A stretch of 64,000 nt of DNA. Source: Coleofasciculus sp. B1-GNL1-01. Lineage in GTDB: Bacteria; Cyanobacteriota; Cyanobacteriia; Cyanobacteriales; Coleofasciculaceae. This document shows, in pieces, positions 27,119-37,717 of this stretch; positions within the stretch are counted from its first letter, which is position 1; every line of letters begins with the position of its first letter. A program made the position numbers and the translations under genes. The stretch is taken from assembly GCA_040220235.1 (NCBI GenBank), contig JAVJTO010000055.1. One strand, given 5' to 3'. Below the pieces are notes generated by a model, which did no database searches, had not been told where the DNA came from, and was given only the letters and a program-made list of their open reading frames with translations.

Positions 27119-28849
27119 TTATTTATAGCAATGATTAAAATTAATGATTAAAGGCTCATCAAACGTTTGAGATAGACTGGATGCAATCAGTTTAAGGTAT
27201 TGACGTAGACGCTCGTGTTGTTGGAAATTGGGACGATAAAGCCGATCGCCTACGGGTGAAAATAGGTTGACATCAGCCAGATCAGCATCAGGAAAATCTG
27301 GGAGAGAAGCTGGAGAGAACCCCCGTAGGCGATCGCCATCCGGGATTAACCCTGACGGTAACTCACCATCCAAAAACCCCAGCAACCGTTCATTACAGGC
27401 GACTGTGTTGAGACCTTGACGTTCTAAGCGTTGCCGAATCTCTGCCAGAGTGTAATCTCGAATTCCTGATTCCTTCTCTGTTGAGGGAAACGCCTTTAGC
27501 AGTTCTGACAGCAGAAAGTAGTCACTATACTGTTGCTGGAAGCGATTAAAGACATGAGGATACAGGGGTAACCTCGCTAGTCCGGTAGCGACCCAAGTTT
27601 GGGGAAATTCACTGTCTTGAATCAGTGTAGCGTTAGGCAATTTGTCCTGAAGCCACTGCTTCACCCTGTTTGACTTAGCACTTCCTCCCGTACAGATAGC
27701 TTGACTGATCGCCTGTTGGGATTGTCCGGCTTGAATCAGCAATCGGTTGACCTGTTGGTTGAGTTGTTCAATAAACGGTGTGATAACGGCACTGTTAAAG
27801 TCTTTTTGCTGCACCGTCCATCGATACGCACCCAATTCCAGGGTAAATTCAGTTTTGTGTGGCAAAATCAGCTTCAAATATTCAGCCGCTTTCAGTAGCG
27901 CCTGTCCTAACACCGAATGCTGTAACTCGAATAAAGCGCGATCGCGTCGTTTGGGGTCAGGTTGACCGGGTAAGGGGGGTTCTAAATCCTGGCTAAGATT
28001 CAGTTGTGCTAATTGCGCCTCAGACATCTGCGGGTAGAGTAACTGCCAAACGATATCTTGATCAATAGCCTGACCTGCGTAAGACCAACTTTGAAGTTTA
28101 AAATCGGCGTAGGTTAATTGGCGGGGATTGTAAGGCAAATCCACTAATGCCAATTCCGTGGTGGTTGCGCCACTATCGATCACCAACGTCCAGCCACGCC
28201 CAAGTGTAGTAGATTGAGACCTCAAGGGGGAAGAGGCGGGTTCAGCCGTGGGAAAAGCGGCCAAGAGGGAGGCGATCGCATCTTCTAAAAAGACAATTTG
28301 TTGCGATTCCTTGACTAACTTGGCAGCTAATACGGCTTCTCGGACATTAATCTGGTAGGTATCGCCCCAATCGGCTGGATAACTGACAATAACACCTGCC
28401 AGTTGTGCCAAAGCGTCTGCTAGTAATTCGGATTCTAGACCCATCGCCCCTACCTGCAATGACACCTTGGTGCGAACCGTCTCTGGGGTTAAAGTGGCTA
28501 ACATTGCCTGTAAGGATCGCCGTACCCAATAGAGAGGAACCCGTCCATCGGGTAACGCTAACATTGGTTCCCACTGACGATGTTCTGGGCAATAGTAAGG
28601 AATTGCCAACGGTAAATAGGGTTTAACCGTGGACACCCTTATTCCTGCTGCTTTTACCACGGTAGGACTCGCGGAGGTTTGTGTCGGTAAGCGAAATACG
28701 CGATCGCCTGAATCATGATTGGTGGTTGACGATTCCTGTTGCCAATATAAAGGGTAGTGCTGACCTGTGTTTTTGTTCAACACCACAGCCGACAGCCCCG
28801 TGGTGCCGAAATCAATTCCTAAGTACCAGAGAGGATTATTGGTATCCAC
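27119..28849 (-). CDS. Hsp70/actin-like ATPase-domain protein
   Basis: YLGIDFGTTG, LVIDSGATTTE, CTGGSA. Confidence 0.7.
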   Translation of the reverse strand: MDTNNPLWYLGIDFGTTGLSAVVLNKNTGQHYPLYWQQESSTTNHDSGDRVFRLPTQTSASPTVVKAAGIRVSTVKPYLPLAIPYYCPEHRQWEPMLALPDGRVPLYWVRRSLQAMLATLTPETVRTKVSLQVGAMGLESELLADALAQLAGVIVSYPADWGDTYQINVREAVLAAKLVKESQQIVFLEDAIASLLAAFPTAEPASSPLRSQSTTLGRGWTLVIDSGATTTELALVDLPYNPRQLTYADFKLQSWSYAGQAIDQDIVWQLLYPQMSEAQLAQLNLSQDLEPPLPGQPDPKRRDRALFELQHSVLGQALLKAAEYLKLILPHKTEFTLELGAYRWTVQQKDFNSAVITPFIEQLNQQVNRLLIQAGQSQQAISQAICTGGSAKSNRVKQWLQDKLPNATLIQDSEFPQTWVATGLARLPLYPHVFNRFQQQYSDYFLLSELLKAFPSTEKESGIRDYTLAEIRQRLERQGLNTVACNERLLGFLDGELPSGLIPDGDRLRGFSPASLPDFPDADLADVNLFSPVGDRLYRPNFQQHERLRQYLKLIASSLSQTFDEPLIINFNHCYK

Positions 28850-28885
28850 TAGCCAATTTGATGATCAAGTCACATTACCTACCTA

Positions 28886-29217
28886 TAGGGGTACGGCAGT
28901 GTCCACCCGTGTCAACTACAGGCGAGAAAACCAATGCTGGCAAGATTTTAAGCTGTGTCTATCTACTTCTCGACATTTCCCCCTCATCCCCTAACCCCTT
29001 CTCCCGACCCCCCTCGTTCCCCCCTACAAGAGGGGGGATGACAGAGGATACTTCGTTTTTGTTGCACGGGAGAAGGGGAACCGGATCTCTTGCTCCCCTC
29101 TTGCTCCCCTCTCCCAAGCTTGGGAGAGGGGCTGGGGGTGAGGGCTGGCGTGGGAGAGGGGCTGGGGACGAGGGGTTGAGCTTAAGTTGACACCAATGGA
29201 CACTGCCGTGTCCCTAC
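28886..29217. mobile_element. Composite nested repeat/MITE with 32-bp imperfect terminal inverted repeats
   Basis: 28886-28917 vs 29185-29216, 27/32 inverted identity; internal C/G-rich hairpin repeats. Confidence 0.6.
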
Positions 29218-29218
29218 T

Positions 29219-31570
29219 CTAATCCCTATTGTGTTCGCCATCCTCTAAAGACGTTTCTTGAGGTTGGCTCACGGAATGTTGATCAGGAGTCACGGAGTCT
29301 TCCAAGACATATTCTTCTACCACATTGTCTTGCTCTAAGTCAATCGATTCCTCAGACAAATCATCATAAACATCGTCCAACTCTGGGGATGGTGGTGGCG
29401 TCGTTTTCTCCGAGTCACTCACCAAGGGATCAGGTTCGCGAGAGTCTCGGTCAGTTGGGGTTGTCTGTTGCCAATCTGGGAAGATAACATCCTCTTGGGA
29501 TAGGTCATGGAGGGCAAACTCTTCCCAATCTTCTGCCAACAACTCCTCTGACATGGGCAATGACTGGATTGAGTCCAAATCGAAGTTTGGCGGTGAAACG
29601 GTGCGATCGCGAGACGGGGACGGCTGAGGGACAATATTCAGATGGTCTTCAGCTTCAAAGCTGTGTAGGTCTTCACTAAGCTGCTGGAGGGTACTTTGGT
29701 CTAGCCTAATCTCTTGACCGGAAAACTGTTGCGATTCATCGCTAACCAGCAAATCTTCATCGGGTGAGGCGGGAATATAGTGATCCTCAACTGAGGTAAC
29801 GGAGGAATCGGTTTCTCCGGGGTGTTCCGAAAACCATTCTTCCTCACGAGTCGTTGCGATGGATGGAGTATCGGCTAGGGGGGAGGAATAACTGATCCCC
29901 ATTTCATCGAGTAAATCGGTTAGGGCGGTAATTGTTTTAACATCTTGAGACTTGCTGAACCTTTCCTGGTAAAAATAAGTGGCGGGTTCTGGCGTGGCGA
30001 CTACCTCTGACTCAATCGGGGCGTCAGGTGTTGGCGTTTCAAATAATAAGGTTTCCCAGGATAGTTGATCATGATTGATGCCTTCAATCCAGGGTTCGGC
30101 TGAACTCGGTTCATCGGCGGGATCAGTGAATCCGTCAAATAGATAATCAGCAATCTCCACCGATACAGTCTCACCGAAAGCCTGATCCGAGGATCGCTCA
30201 TCTTGCCCTTCCGTTGTGGTGATTGATGTTGCTGAGGTATTTGCATCCGTCACTTCGACGGTATTGGCTGAAGCAGGGGTATTGGAGTCTAGGACTGCGT
30301 CTGTGCCAAATAAGGTGTTATACAACTCATCAATTTCATGGTGGCGATTCTCGACTTCAGTTTGATCGGCAACCTCTGGTTCTACAGGTTGCGTGTCATC
30401 CGCCTGAGAGATTGGGGCTGAGGGGGATGATGGTGTTGTGGACTCCGGCGTACTATCGATGCCTAAGAGGAAATCTAGGTCTTGAAAGTTTGAATCATTT
30501 TCTGAGATAGAGGTATCCATATCCCAGCCAATCAAGGCGTCTAGGGGATTGTCTGCTAAATTTTCTGTTTCGAGTTCTTTAGTCCATTGCTGATCAGCAA
30601 TTTTAGACGGTAGTTGAGCCTGAGTTGGTGGGGATGGGGTTAAAGCGTTGGCAGATAGGGTCACATTGAATTCAGGCTGAGACACCGGATCAATGCCCAC
30701 AAAAATGCCCTCTTGTTTTGATGTCGATGACGTTGAATCGGGCATTGACTGGGATAATTCTGTCACCTCTGACCAAGGTTGAGACGATTGCACCAAGGTT
30801 GAGGTTTCTCGTCCCAATAGCTGGGCGAGGCGATTGACCAGGGCTGTAAATAATAGCTCTCCTTGATTGCTCAAGCGATGCATTTTGTCAAGTCCTTGAG
30901 ACAAAGATTGCTGATACCCATGCAGATCCCGATCAAGTGCATCAAAGAGTGACCGTTGGTTGGCATCGAGATTGAGCAACATGCGATCGCTCTCTCGTTG
31001 CAGTTGCCGCAGTTGCTCCAAGCGTTCTTGTGGCAACATTATTCCAGAGGCAGGTTGCCCGGGTGAGTCCGATGTTGATGAAGCGTTGAGCAGTTGAGCT
31101 TCTAAATTCAGTAAGATTTGAGCCAGTTGCTGGGTCAGGCGTTCGGTTGACTGGTGAATTAAATCCTGAGCAAATTCTGGGAGAGGTTGCTCTTGTCCGC
31201 CCCCTTTCGCGGTAACAGTATTTTGCAATTGCTGTTTTTTCTGCTCAAGGTGCTGAATGTCTTGAGTTAAGGACTCTCGCTGTTGACGTAATGCTGACAA
31301 TTCAGTCTGCAAGGGTTCTGTAACCTGTTGGCGGATACTCTCCATTTCTTGAGCAACCGCCTGCACAATTGGTGTAACGGCTGATTCGGGGGATGGCGAC
31401 ATTGCCATTTCGTCTGACTGCATCGACAGCAGATAGCTACGCACCCGTTTTAGGATTTCGCGATCGCGGGCTAAATCGTTGGGTTTAGACCAAGGGAAAC
31501 GGGAGCCAAACTTGGCAAGGAGACTGTCAATATCAGCAATCAGCGATTGGATTTTCTTCTGTTTAGTCAC
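29219..31570 (-). CDS. Hypothetical coiled-coil protein with long acidic low-complexity C-terminus
   Basis: 783-aa ORF; Q/E-rich heptads in the N-terminal half, D/E/S/P-rich C-terminus. Confidence 0.7.
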   Translation of the reverse strand: MTKQKKIQSLIADIDSLLAKFGSRFPWSKPNDLARDREILKRVRSYLLSMQSDEMAMSPSPESAVTPIVQAVAQEMESIRQQVTEPLQTELSALRQQRESLTQDIQHLEQKKQQLQNTVTAKGGGQEQPLPEFAQDLIHQSTERLTQQLAQILLNLEAQLLNASSTSDSPGQPASGIMLPQERLEQLRQLQRESDRMLLNLDANQRSLFDALDRDLHGYQQSLSQGLDKMHRLSNQGELLFTALVNRLAQLLGRETSTLVQSSQPWSEVTELSQSMPDSTSSTSKQEGIFVGIDPVSQPEFNVTLSANALTPSPPTQAQLPSKIADQQWTKELETENLADNPLDALIGWDMDTSISENDSNFQDLDFLLGIDSTPESTTPSSPSAPISQADDTQPVEPEVADQTEVENRHHEIDELYNTLFGTDAVLDSNTPASANTVEVTDANTSATSITTTEGQDERSSDQAFGETVSVEIADYLFDGFTDPADEPSSAEPWIEGINHDQLSWETLLFETPTPDAPIESEVVATPEPATYFYQERFSKSQDVKTITALTDLLDEMGISYSSPLADTPSIATTREEEWFSEHPGETDSSVTSVEDHYIPASPDEDLLVSDESQQFSGQEIRLDQSTLQQLSEDLHSFEAEDHLNIVPQPSPSRDRTVSPPNFDLDSIQSLPMSEELLAEDWEEFALHDLSQEDVIFPDWQQTTPTDRDSREPDPLVSDSEKTTPPPSPELDDVYDDLSEESIDLEQDNVVEEYVLEDSVTPDQHSVSQPQETSLEDGEHNRD

Positions 31571-32026
31571 GGTGGAACGCCTGACAACTTATGTTCACGC
31601 TTCGCAGGAGTTATTGCGATCGCCTGCTTTTATTATGTAGGAACATGAACCCTTGCCGTTAGCCTAGTCTGAAAACGTATTCTGGCTAACCGATGTCCTC
31701 TCAAGTCCTGATTACAGGCATCTAAGTTGTTAAATCTCCCTCAATATGCAGCATAATAGCTGTGTACCAATCTCCGGCTGATTAGCTTGAATTTCCAATA
31801 GGATTAGAATTAAAGGCACTTCGAGGGAGTATAGCGCCGTTCATCGATCAGGACATAAGTCCCTTGTATCTGCCATTATGGCTGGTCTGGATGGGGTGAT
31901 GAGGGGCGCTTGTACCACAAAGACTCAATTTTGTGTCTGTTGTGAAACAGCAAGGAACCTGCTTAAGTTTTTGAGGATAACAAATCGCCGTACTTGTCCA
32001 CGGCGTATACAATGTGGTTTGGCTTC

Positions 32027-32734
32027 ATGGATGATCGATACAGCTCACACGAAATGAACTCTAATGTTAATGAGTTGATTCGCACTGCTCCTTTATTTTC
32101 TGGCTTACCAGAAGCCAGTGTGAATCAAGCGACTTCTCATGTTGTTACTCGCAGCCACCCCAAGGATCGAGTTATTTTGCTGGAGAATGACTGGGGTGGC
32201 TCAGTTTACTTCATTTTGGAGGGCTGGGCAAAAATTCGTACCTATAACCTGGAAGGGAAAGAGGTGACCCTCAACATTTTAGGGAAGGGGGAAATTTTTG
32301 GCGAAATGGCGGCGCTGGATGAGGTACCTCGTTCTACCGATGTGATTACCCTAACGCCCACGACGATTGGCAGTATACCTGCCCAGGATTTTATCCAGCT
32401 TATTCATGATGAACCTTTAGCCGGGGTTCGTTTGTCTCAGCTTATGGCAAAGCGCTTGCGCCAAGTTAATCGCCGTCTCCGCCTGAGAGAGTCGGATAGT
32501 ACCTCGCGAGTGGCAGACACGCTCCTGTTTTTGGCAGAGGGTCAGGGTAAACTTAAACAGCAAGGCACTGAGATTCCCAACTTACCCCATCGCGAGTTAA
32601 GCAGTTTGAGTGGATTGGCACGGGAGACAGTGACGCGAGTTTTGACGAAGCTGGAAAAAAAAGGCTTGATTAAGCGAGAACACGATATTATGTTTATCCC
32701 GGATCTGGCGGCATTAGAACGCATTATTGCTTAG
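32027..32734 (+). CDS. Crp/Fnr-family regulator (cyanobacterial CRP-like)
   Basis: FGEMAALDEVPRS cNMP motif; LPHRELSSLSGLARETVTRVL HTH. Confidence 0.9.
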   Translation: MDDRYSSHEMNSNVNELIRTAPLFSGLPEASVNQATSHVVTRSHPKDRVILLENDWGGSVYFILEGWAKIRTYNLEGKEVTLNILGKGEIFGEMAALDEVPRSTDVITLTPTTIGSIPAQDFIQLIHDEPLAGVRLSQLMAKRLRQVNRRLRLRESDSTSRVADTLLFLAEGQGKLKQQGTEIPNLPHRELSSLSGLARETVTRVLTKLEKKGLIKREHDIMFIPDLAALERIIA

Positions 32735-32868
32735 AAGTGTTATTTGTCTTATGTTCTTCATCATTGGTAAGGTTTGAGGCAGATTTACCTACGCAAGGGG
32801 ATCAGGCGATCATGTCGAGGTGAAAGGGGCGTTAAAGTGGAGGTTGATCAAGCGTTGATAAAAGCTGC

Positions 32869-33702
32869 ATGAGCGATTCTTTTGAGGATGCCCAAGCGCC
32901 TCGCCCTAATCCCGATCAGAATACTGAATCCTCCTCAAAGGACTCAGAAAATGTCAATGACGAATGGGATTTAGTGGAGGAACTAGCGCCAGAGACGGAA
33001 CCATCAACCAATGCTAGACCTGAAAGGCTAATCCCTAATCAGGACAAAAATTCAGCGAGTCAACAATCTCAGGCACAACAGCGACAATTCAATACCACTG
33101 TCGTCATGGTGGAAACGGCGTTCCTCGCCAGTACAGCGAGTTTGATTTGGCTCATTAATTATTATTTTCCCCTCGGTCCAGTCCTGAAGATGTTTTTCCC
33201 GGTGCCAATCGCCTTGGTGTACATGCGTCGCGGAAATCGAGCCTCTTGGATGGCGGCACTGGTTTCAGGGTTATTGCTGTCGGTGCTACAAGGACCAACC
33301 CGCAGTATCCTGTTTTTGATTCCCTACGGTTTGATGGGCGTTCAGTTGGGCGCCTTGTGGAAACGTCAAGCCAATTGGTTATTTTCCATTGGGATTGGTA
33401 CGCTACTGGGAACTTTGGGATTCTTTTTTCGCTTTTGGTTGCTCTCAATTCTTTTGAGTGAGGATCTGTGGGTTTATGTGATGACTCAAATTACCGAATT
33501 AGTGGAATGGGGGTTTGTCAAGCTGGGGTTACTCGCTCAACCCAGTTTAATGTTAATTCAGGTGGTGGCAATTGTGGCAATTGTGATCAATAACGCCATT
33601 TATTTATTTGTGGTTCATCTGGTGGCGTTACTCATCTTTGATCGCCTGAAAAATCCTATTCCTCGTCCGCCTCAGTGGGTACAAGTTTTGCTGGATTATT
33701 AA
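32869..33702 (+). CDS. DUF2232 membrane protein
   Basis: MVETAFLASTASLIWLINYY, GPTRS, IPRPPQWV. Confidence 0.8.
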   Translation: MSDSFEDAQAPRPNPDQNTESSSKDSENVNDEWDLVEELAPETEPSTNARPERLIPNQDKNSASQQSQAQQRQFNTTVVMVETAFLASTASLIWLINYYFPLGPVLKMFFPVPIALVYMRRGNRASWMAALVSGLLLSVLQGPTRSILFLIPYGLMGVQLGALWKRQANWLFSIGIGTLLGTLGFFFRFWLLSILLSEDLWVYVMTQITELVEWGFVKLGLLAQPSLMLIQVVAIVAIVINNAIYLFVVHLVALLIFDRLKNPIPRPPQWVQVLLDY

Positions 33703-33915
33703 TTTTTGTAAACACGCCTCAAACCCTTACATAAGAAGAATGACGTAGCTTTCTTCTCAAGGGAGCGAGTATGACGAATGACGCTCCCTACCATCAACTT
33801 TAATGAAAGTCCGACTACTTATCTGTCAATATTGCTACAACAGAGTTGGCTCACCTGTTGATACGTTGGTAATTCGCTAAGATAACAGATTACAGTAGGT
33901 TACAGGTCACTTGAT

Positions 33916-34359
33916 ATGTCTTTATTGTTTATCATTCCCTTGGGGATTTTCCTCGTCACTGCGTATCTTTTTAAACAATTGGCTAATGAAATGGCTTATC
34001 TTGCCGCTGCCATTGCTTTAGTTAGCTTAGTTGTAACGTTATGTTTAGCCCCCTGGCAAATTCAATTATTGCTGCTGGCATTAGTCATTTTTAGCAATCA
34101 TAGACGCAGTTCTTCATCGTCTCAGCCCGTCACCGAGTCGTCATTGCCAGATGAGCATAACGTTAAGCTGGTGTATCGAGGCGTTAACTATGACCTAACC
34201 CCTGCCCAGGTTGAGGTAACGGAAGATGAGGTGATCGGAAAATATCGGGGTCAGGCTTTGAGAGTTCACCATTTGGTGAAACCTCCGGCTACGTCAACTC
34301 TCTTACCCTTGAAATATCGAGGGGTTAACGTTAGCGATCACAAAACAGTAACAGGATAA
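33916..34359 (+). CDS. DUF4278-domain protein with N-terminal TM segments
   Basis: LVYRGVNY, GKYRGQ and LKYRGV repeats. Confidence 0.75.
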   Translation: MSLLFIIPLGIFLVTAYLFKQLANEMAYLAAAIALVSLVVTLCLAPWQIQLLLLALVIFSNHRRSSSSSQPVTESSLPDEHNVKLVYRGVNYDLTPAQVEVTEDEVIGKYRGQALRVHHLVKPPATSTLLPLKYRGVNVSDHKTVTG

Positions 34360-34424
34360 GATAGATTAACTGTGAGGCTCCTGCGGGATTAGCTGAAGTG
34401 ACGAGTCGTTGATAAGGAGAAACT

Positions 34425-35387
34425 ATGCGGATTGCTCATAATATCACAGAATTAATTGGTCACACTCCCCTAATTCAGCTCAACCGGATTCCTCAAGCCG
34501 AGGGATGTGTAGGACAAATTGTGGTGAAACTGGAGGGAATGAACCCTGCCGCTTCTGTGAAAGATCGCATCGGGATGAGTATGATTCAGGCAGCCGAAGA
34601 AGCGGGTCAGATTCATCCGGGAAAAACGGTGTTAGTGGAACCAACATCGGGGAATACAGGTATTGCCCTAGCGATGGTAGCCGCCGCTAAAGGATATCAG
34701 CTAATCTTGACGATGCCCGATACGATGAGCATGGAACGGCGATCTATGCTGAAAGCGTATGGAGCCAAACTAGAGCTGACACCCGGAAGCGAGGGAATGA
34801 AAGGAGCAATTCGCCGAGCCAACGAAATTACCGAAAGCACTCCTGAAGCTTTTATGCTGCAACAGTTTCAGAATCCAGCTAATCCCAAAATTCATCGAGA
34901 GACAACGGCTGAAGAAATTTGGGCAGATACTGAGGGTCAGGTCGATATTCTTATTTCTGGTGTTGGCACTGGTGGTACGATTACGGGTATTGCCGAAGTG
35001 CTTAAGCAACGTAAACCCGATTTTACCGCGATCGCCGTTGAACCGACCAGTAGTCCAGTTCTCTCTGGCGGGCAAGCTGGACCCCATAAGATTCAAGGGA
35101 TTGGTGCTGGCTTCGTTCCTCAAGTTTTGCGTACAGACCTGATTGATGAAGTGGTTCAAGTCAGTGATGAAGATGCTATCGCTTTTGGTCGCCGTTTGGC
35201 ACGAGAGGAAGGGTTATTATCGGGAATCTCCTCCGGTGCCGCTTTATGTGCCGCGATTCAGGTGGCGAAACGTCCAGAAAATGCGGGTAAGTTAATTGTT
35301 ATGGTACAGCCCAGTTTTGGCGAACGCTATTTGAGTACACCTTTATTTCGAGAACTGGATCAACCCGAAACACCTGTCCTCGTTTAA
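34425..35387 (+). CDS. cysK: Cysteine synthase A
   Basis: [43 protein letters not shown]. Confidence 0.95.
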   Translation: MRIAHNITELIGHTPLIQLNRIPQAEGCVGQIVVKLEGMNPAASVKDRIGMSMIQAAEEAGQIHPGKTVLVEPTSGNTGIALAMVAAAKGYQLILTMPDTMSMERRSMLKAYGAKLELTPGSEGMKGAIRRANEITESTPEAFMLQQFQNPANPKIHRETTAEEIWADTEGQVDILISGVGTGGTITGIAEVLKQRKPDFTAIAVEPTSSPVLSGGQAGPHKIQGIGAGFVPQVLRTDLIDEVVQVSDEDAIAFGRRLAREEGLLSGISSGAALCAAIQVAKRPENAGKLIVMVQPSFGERYLSTPLFRELDQPETPVLV

Positions 35388-35435
35388 TGGTTATTGGTCA
35401 TTTGTCATTTGTCATTTGTCAAGAGTCATTTGTAA

Positions 35436-36671
35436 TTGATCCGCATCCATACCCAATTCATTCAAGGAAATCAATGGTTGCAGCAGTATAGGGGGCAACC
35501 TCCCCTACTCGCTTGTATTTTAGGATTTACGGCAACAGGGTTGATCCCCGGCATTTCTGCGGCTGGGGCAACTCCAGAGGATCGGAAGTATACTGCGATC
35601 GCGGATGCTGAATTCTTAGTTAATGGTTTTACTGCCAATCCTCAGTATCCTCTACCTCCCTTGGATGCTGGGGCATCCCCTGTCCTGATTTCTCGTGCTG
35701 TTGTTGAGGCTTGTCAGCTTCCGGTTTATCTATTCAATGCGGGTTTACCTCAACCGCCTGCTGTTCCCGCCATAAACTTAGGGGGGTTACCCGCTAACTG
35801 TTTAACCACCGGAAAAGCCTTGCCCATCAATACTGTAAAACAGCTATTTGAGCAAGGCTTAATTTGGGGTCAAAAGCTGGCAACTCTGACCCCAAGCGGA
35901 TATGTAATGATTGCTGAATGCGTCGTTGGCGGAACCACAACGGCTTTGAGTGTGTTGACAGGTTTGGGTATTGCCGCCATGGGTAAAGTCAATAGCAGCC
36001 ATCCTCACTGTAATCATCTGCAAAAAGCAGAAATTGTTCGGATGGGACTACAACAGGCTGGTTGGGAAACAAAACAGGCAGAATTCATTGATCCCTTCGA
36101 GTTAGTTGCCGCCGTAGGTGATCCCATGCAAATTACAGCCGCCGGAATGGTGATAGGGGCAAGTCAAAGCGTCGGTGTTTTGTTAGCTGGAGGGACGCAA
36201 ATGCTAGCAGTTTACGCACTAGCACGGGTGTTGGCGCTTCTTCAAGAAGCAAGGGAAGCTGGGGAAGCTGGGGGAGCTGGGGGAGCTGGGGAAGTTGGGG
36301 AAGCTGGGGGAGCTGGGGGAGCTGGGGAAGCTAGGGGAGCTGAGGGAGCCAAAATTAGAGCTTATCGTCGTAGTCTTAATTCTTTGTCATGGCACCCTCA
36401 GCAGATAGTTATCGGTACAACTCGCTGGGTAGCAGATGATCCCACGGGTGATACGGTAGGATTAGCACGAGCGATCGGTGGTGTTCCCCTTTTGGCAACC
36501 GACTTAAGTTTTGCCAAGTCACGTTATCCGCAGCTACGGGCTTACGAACAAGGATATGTCAAGGAAGGTGTCGGTGCGGGAGGATGTGCGATCACATCTC
36601 ATCTTTACCAAGGATGGAACACGAGTCAATTACTGCAAGCCATTGAAGCACTTCTGGCTCAACACCATTAA
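35436..36671 (+). CDS. cobT: Nicotinate-nucleotide--dimethylbenzimidazole phosphoribosyltransferase (TIGR00303 type) with in-frame 9-mer repeat insertion
   Basis: PGISAAG, ECVVGGTTTA, GDPMQ, LAGGTQM, GTTRWV, YEQGYVKEGVGAGG; (GGGGAAGCT)n at about 36246-36350. Confidence 0.85.
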   Translation: MIRIHTQFIQGNQWLQQYRGQPPLLACILGFTATGLIPGISAAGATPEDRKYTAIADAEFLVNGFTANPQYPLPPLDAGASPVLISRAVVEACQLPVYLFNAGLPQPPAVPAINLGGLPANCLTTGKALPINTVKQLFEQGLIWGQKLATLTPSGYVMIAECVVGGTTTALSVLTGLGIAAMGKVNSSHPHCNHLQKAEIVRMGLQQAGWETKQAEFIDPFELVAAVGDPMQITAAGMVIGASQSVGVLLAGGTQMLAVYALARVLALLQEAREAGEAGGAGGAGEVGEAGGAGGAGEARGAEGAKIRAYRRSLNSLSWHPQQIVIGTTRWVADDPTGDTVGLARAIGGVPLLATDLSFAKSRYPQLRAYEQGYVKEGVGAGGCAITSHLYQGWNTSQLLQAIEALLAQHH

Positions 36672-36868
36672 TTTAGAGCATTTAATTTAGTTTAGAGCAT
36701 TGGTGTCAACTCAAGCTCAAGCATCTGGGAGTATGTTAGGGACAGCAATGCTCCACTCGGATAAGCTAAAATTAAAGGCTTTCTCCCCTCTCTCCCCCTG
36801 CTCCCTCTGCTCCCTCTGCTCCCTCTGCTCCCCCTGCTTCCCAGCTCCTTAACCAAACCGAACCTGGT

Positions 36869-37288
36869 TTACGAGTGAATGCGGCGGGCGAGAAGCTGTT
36901 CTTCTAAAGCCGCAATGCGATTGTAAGCAGCAGTCAATTGGGCGGTGAGGCGTTGCACTTGCACATCAGCAGACAAGGGATTCTCTGGATTAGGATTTCT
37001 GTTGTGATTTGTATGAAATTGAGCAACTTCACCAGTATCCTCAATCAGGATATCTTTGTATTCCGTTACGGAGTCAAGCAGTTGGGGATTCGCATAGACG
37101 GGGATGTCATTAACCTTGGCGGTTGATGCCTGTAGCTCAGACTCTACAGTTGGCATCGGCTGGACTTCAGGTAAACCCTGGGAAACTTTGTGGTTGAGTT
37201 GCTCAATACTTTGATATATGGCATCAACTTTATGATTTAGGGCGCTGATTTGTTGTTGAACTGTATCCATCTGATTACCAATTTCCAT
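36869..37288 (-). CDS. Hypothetical coiled-coil protein
   Basis: C-term QVQRLTAQLTAAYNRIAALEEQLL, as recalled from conserved cyanobacterial proteins. Confidence 0.7.
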   Translation of the reverse strand: MEIGNQMDTVQQQISALNHKVDAIYQSIEQLNHKVSQGLPEVQPMPTVESELQASTAKVNDIPVYANPQLLDSVTEYKDILIEDTGEVAQFHTNHNRNPNPENPLSADVQVQRLTAQLTAAYNRIAALEEQLLARRIHS

Positions 37289-37717
37289 AACGAGTTCTAT
37301 TTCATGCTAGTCAATTTACACTCAAAGGCTACCTTCCTGCGGATTCATTTAACGATTTGAGACAATTCATACCCCGATATCCTGCTAATTGTTCATAGCG
37401 CACAAGTTTCAACCATTAAGTCAACCCCCAAAATGATTTATCTGGGGCTTTTATCGCCTTTTTTTCCAGATGTTCGCTTTGTCTTCCTGTAATGTCGCCA
37501 ATCTAACTATTTAAGGTTTTATTTACAATTGCGCCTTTAACTCAGTCCGAACTCTGGATAAGTTCCCAGATTTACTCAACGAGTTACGGAACACTGGTCA
37601 CTTGTATAGCAAATAGATTCTTTGGCTGTCAGTCTCACAGAACACCAAAATTGTGTTAGTTTGTTGGGAGCAAGCGTATACAATGTAGTATTTTTACTCA
37701 ATTCAGCAGATTTTGGG

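Noticed and set aside
28681..29190. 169-aa plus-strand ORF
   Set aside because: Runs antisense to a real gene start and through a composite repeat
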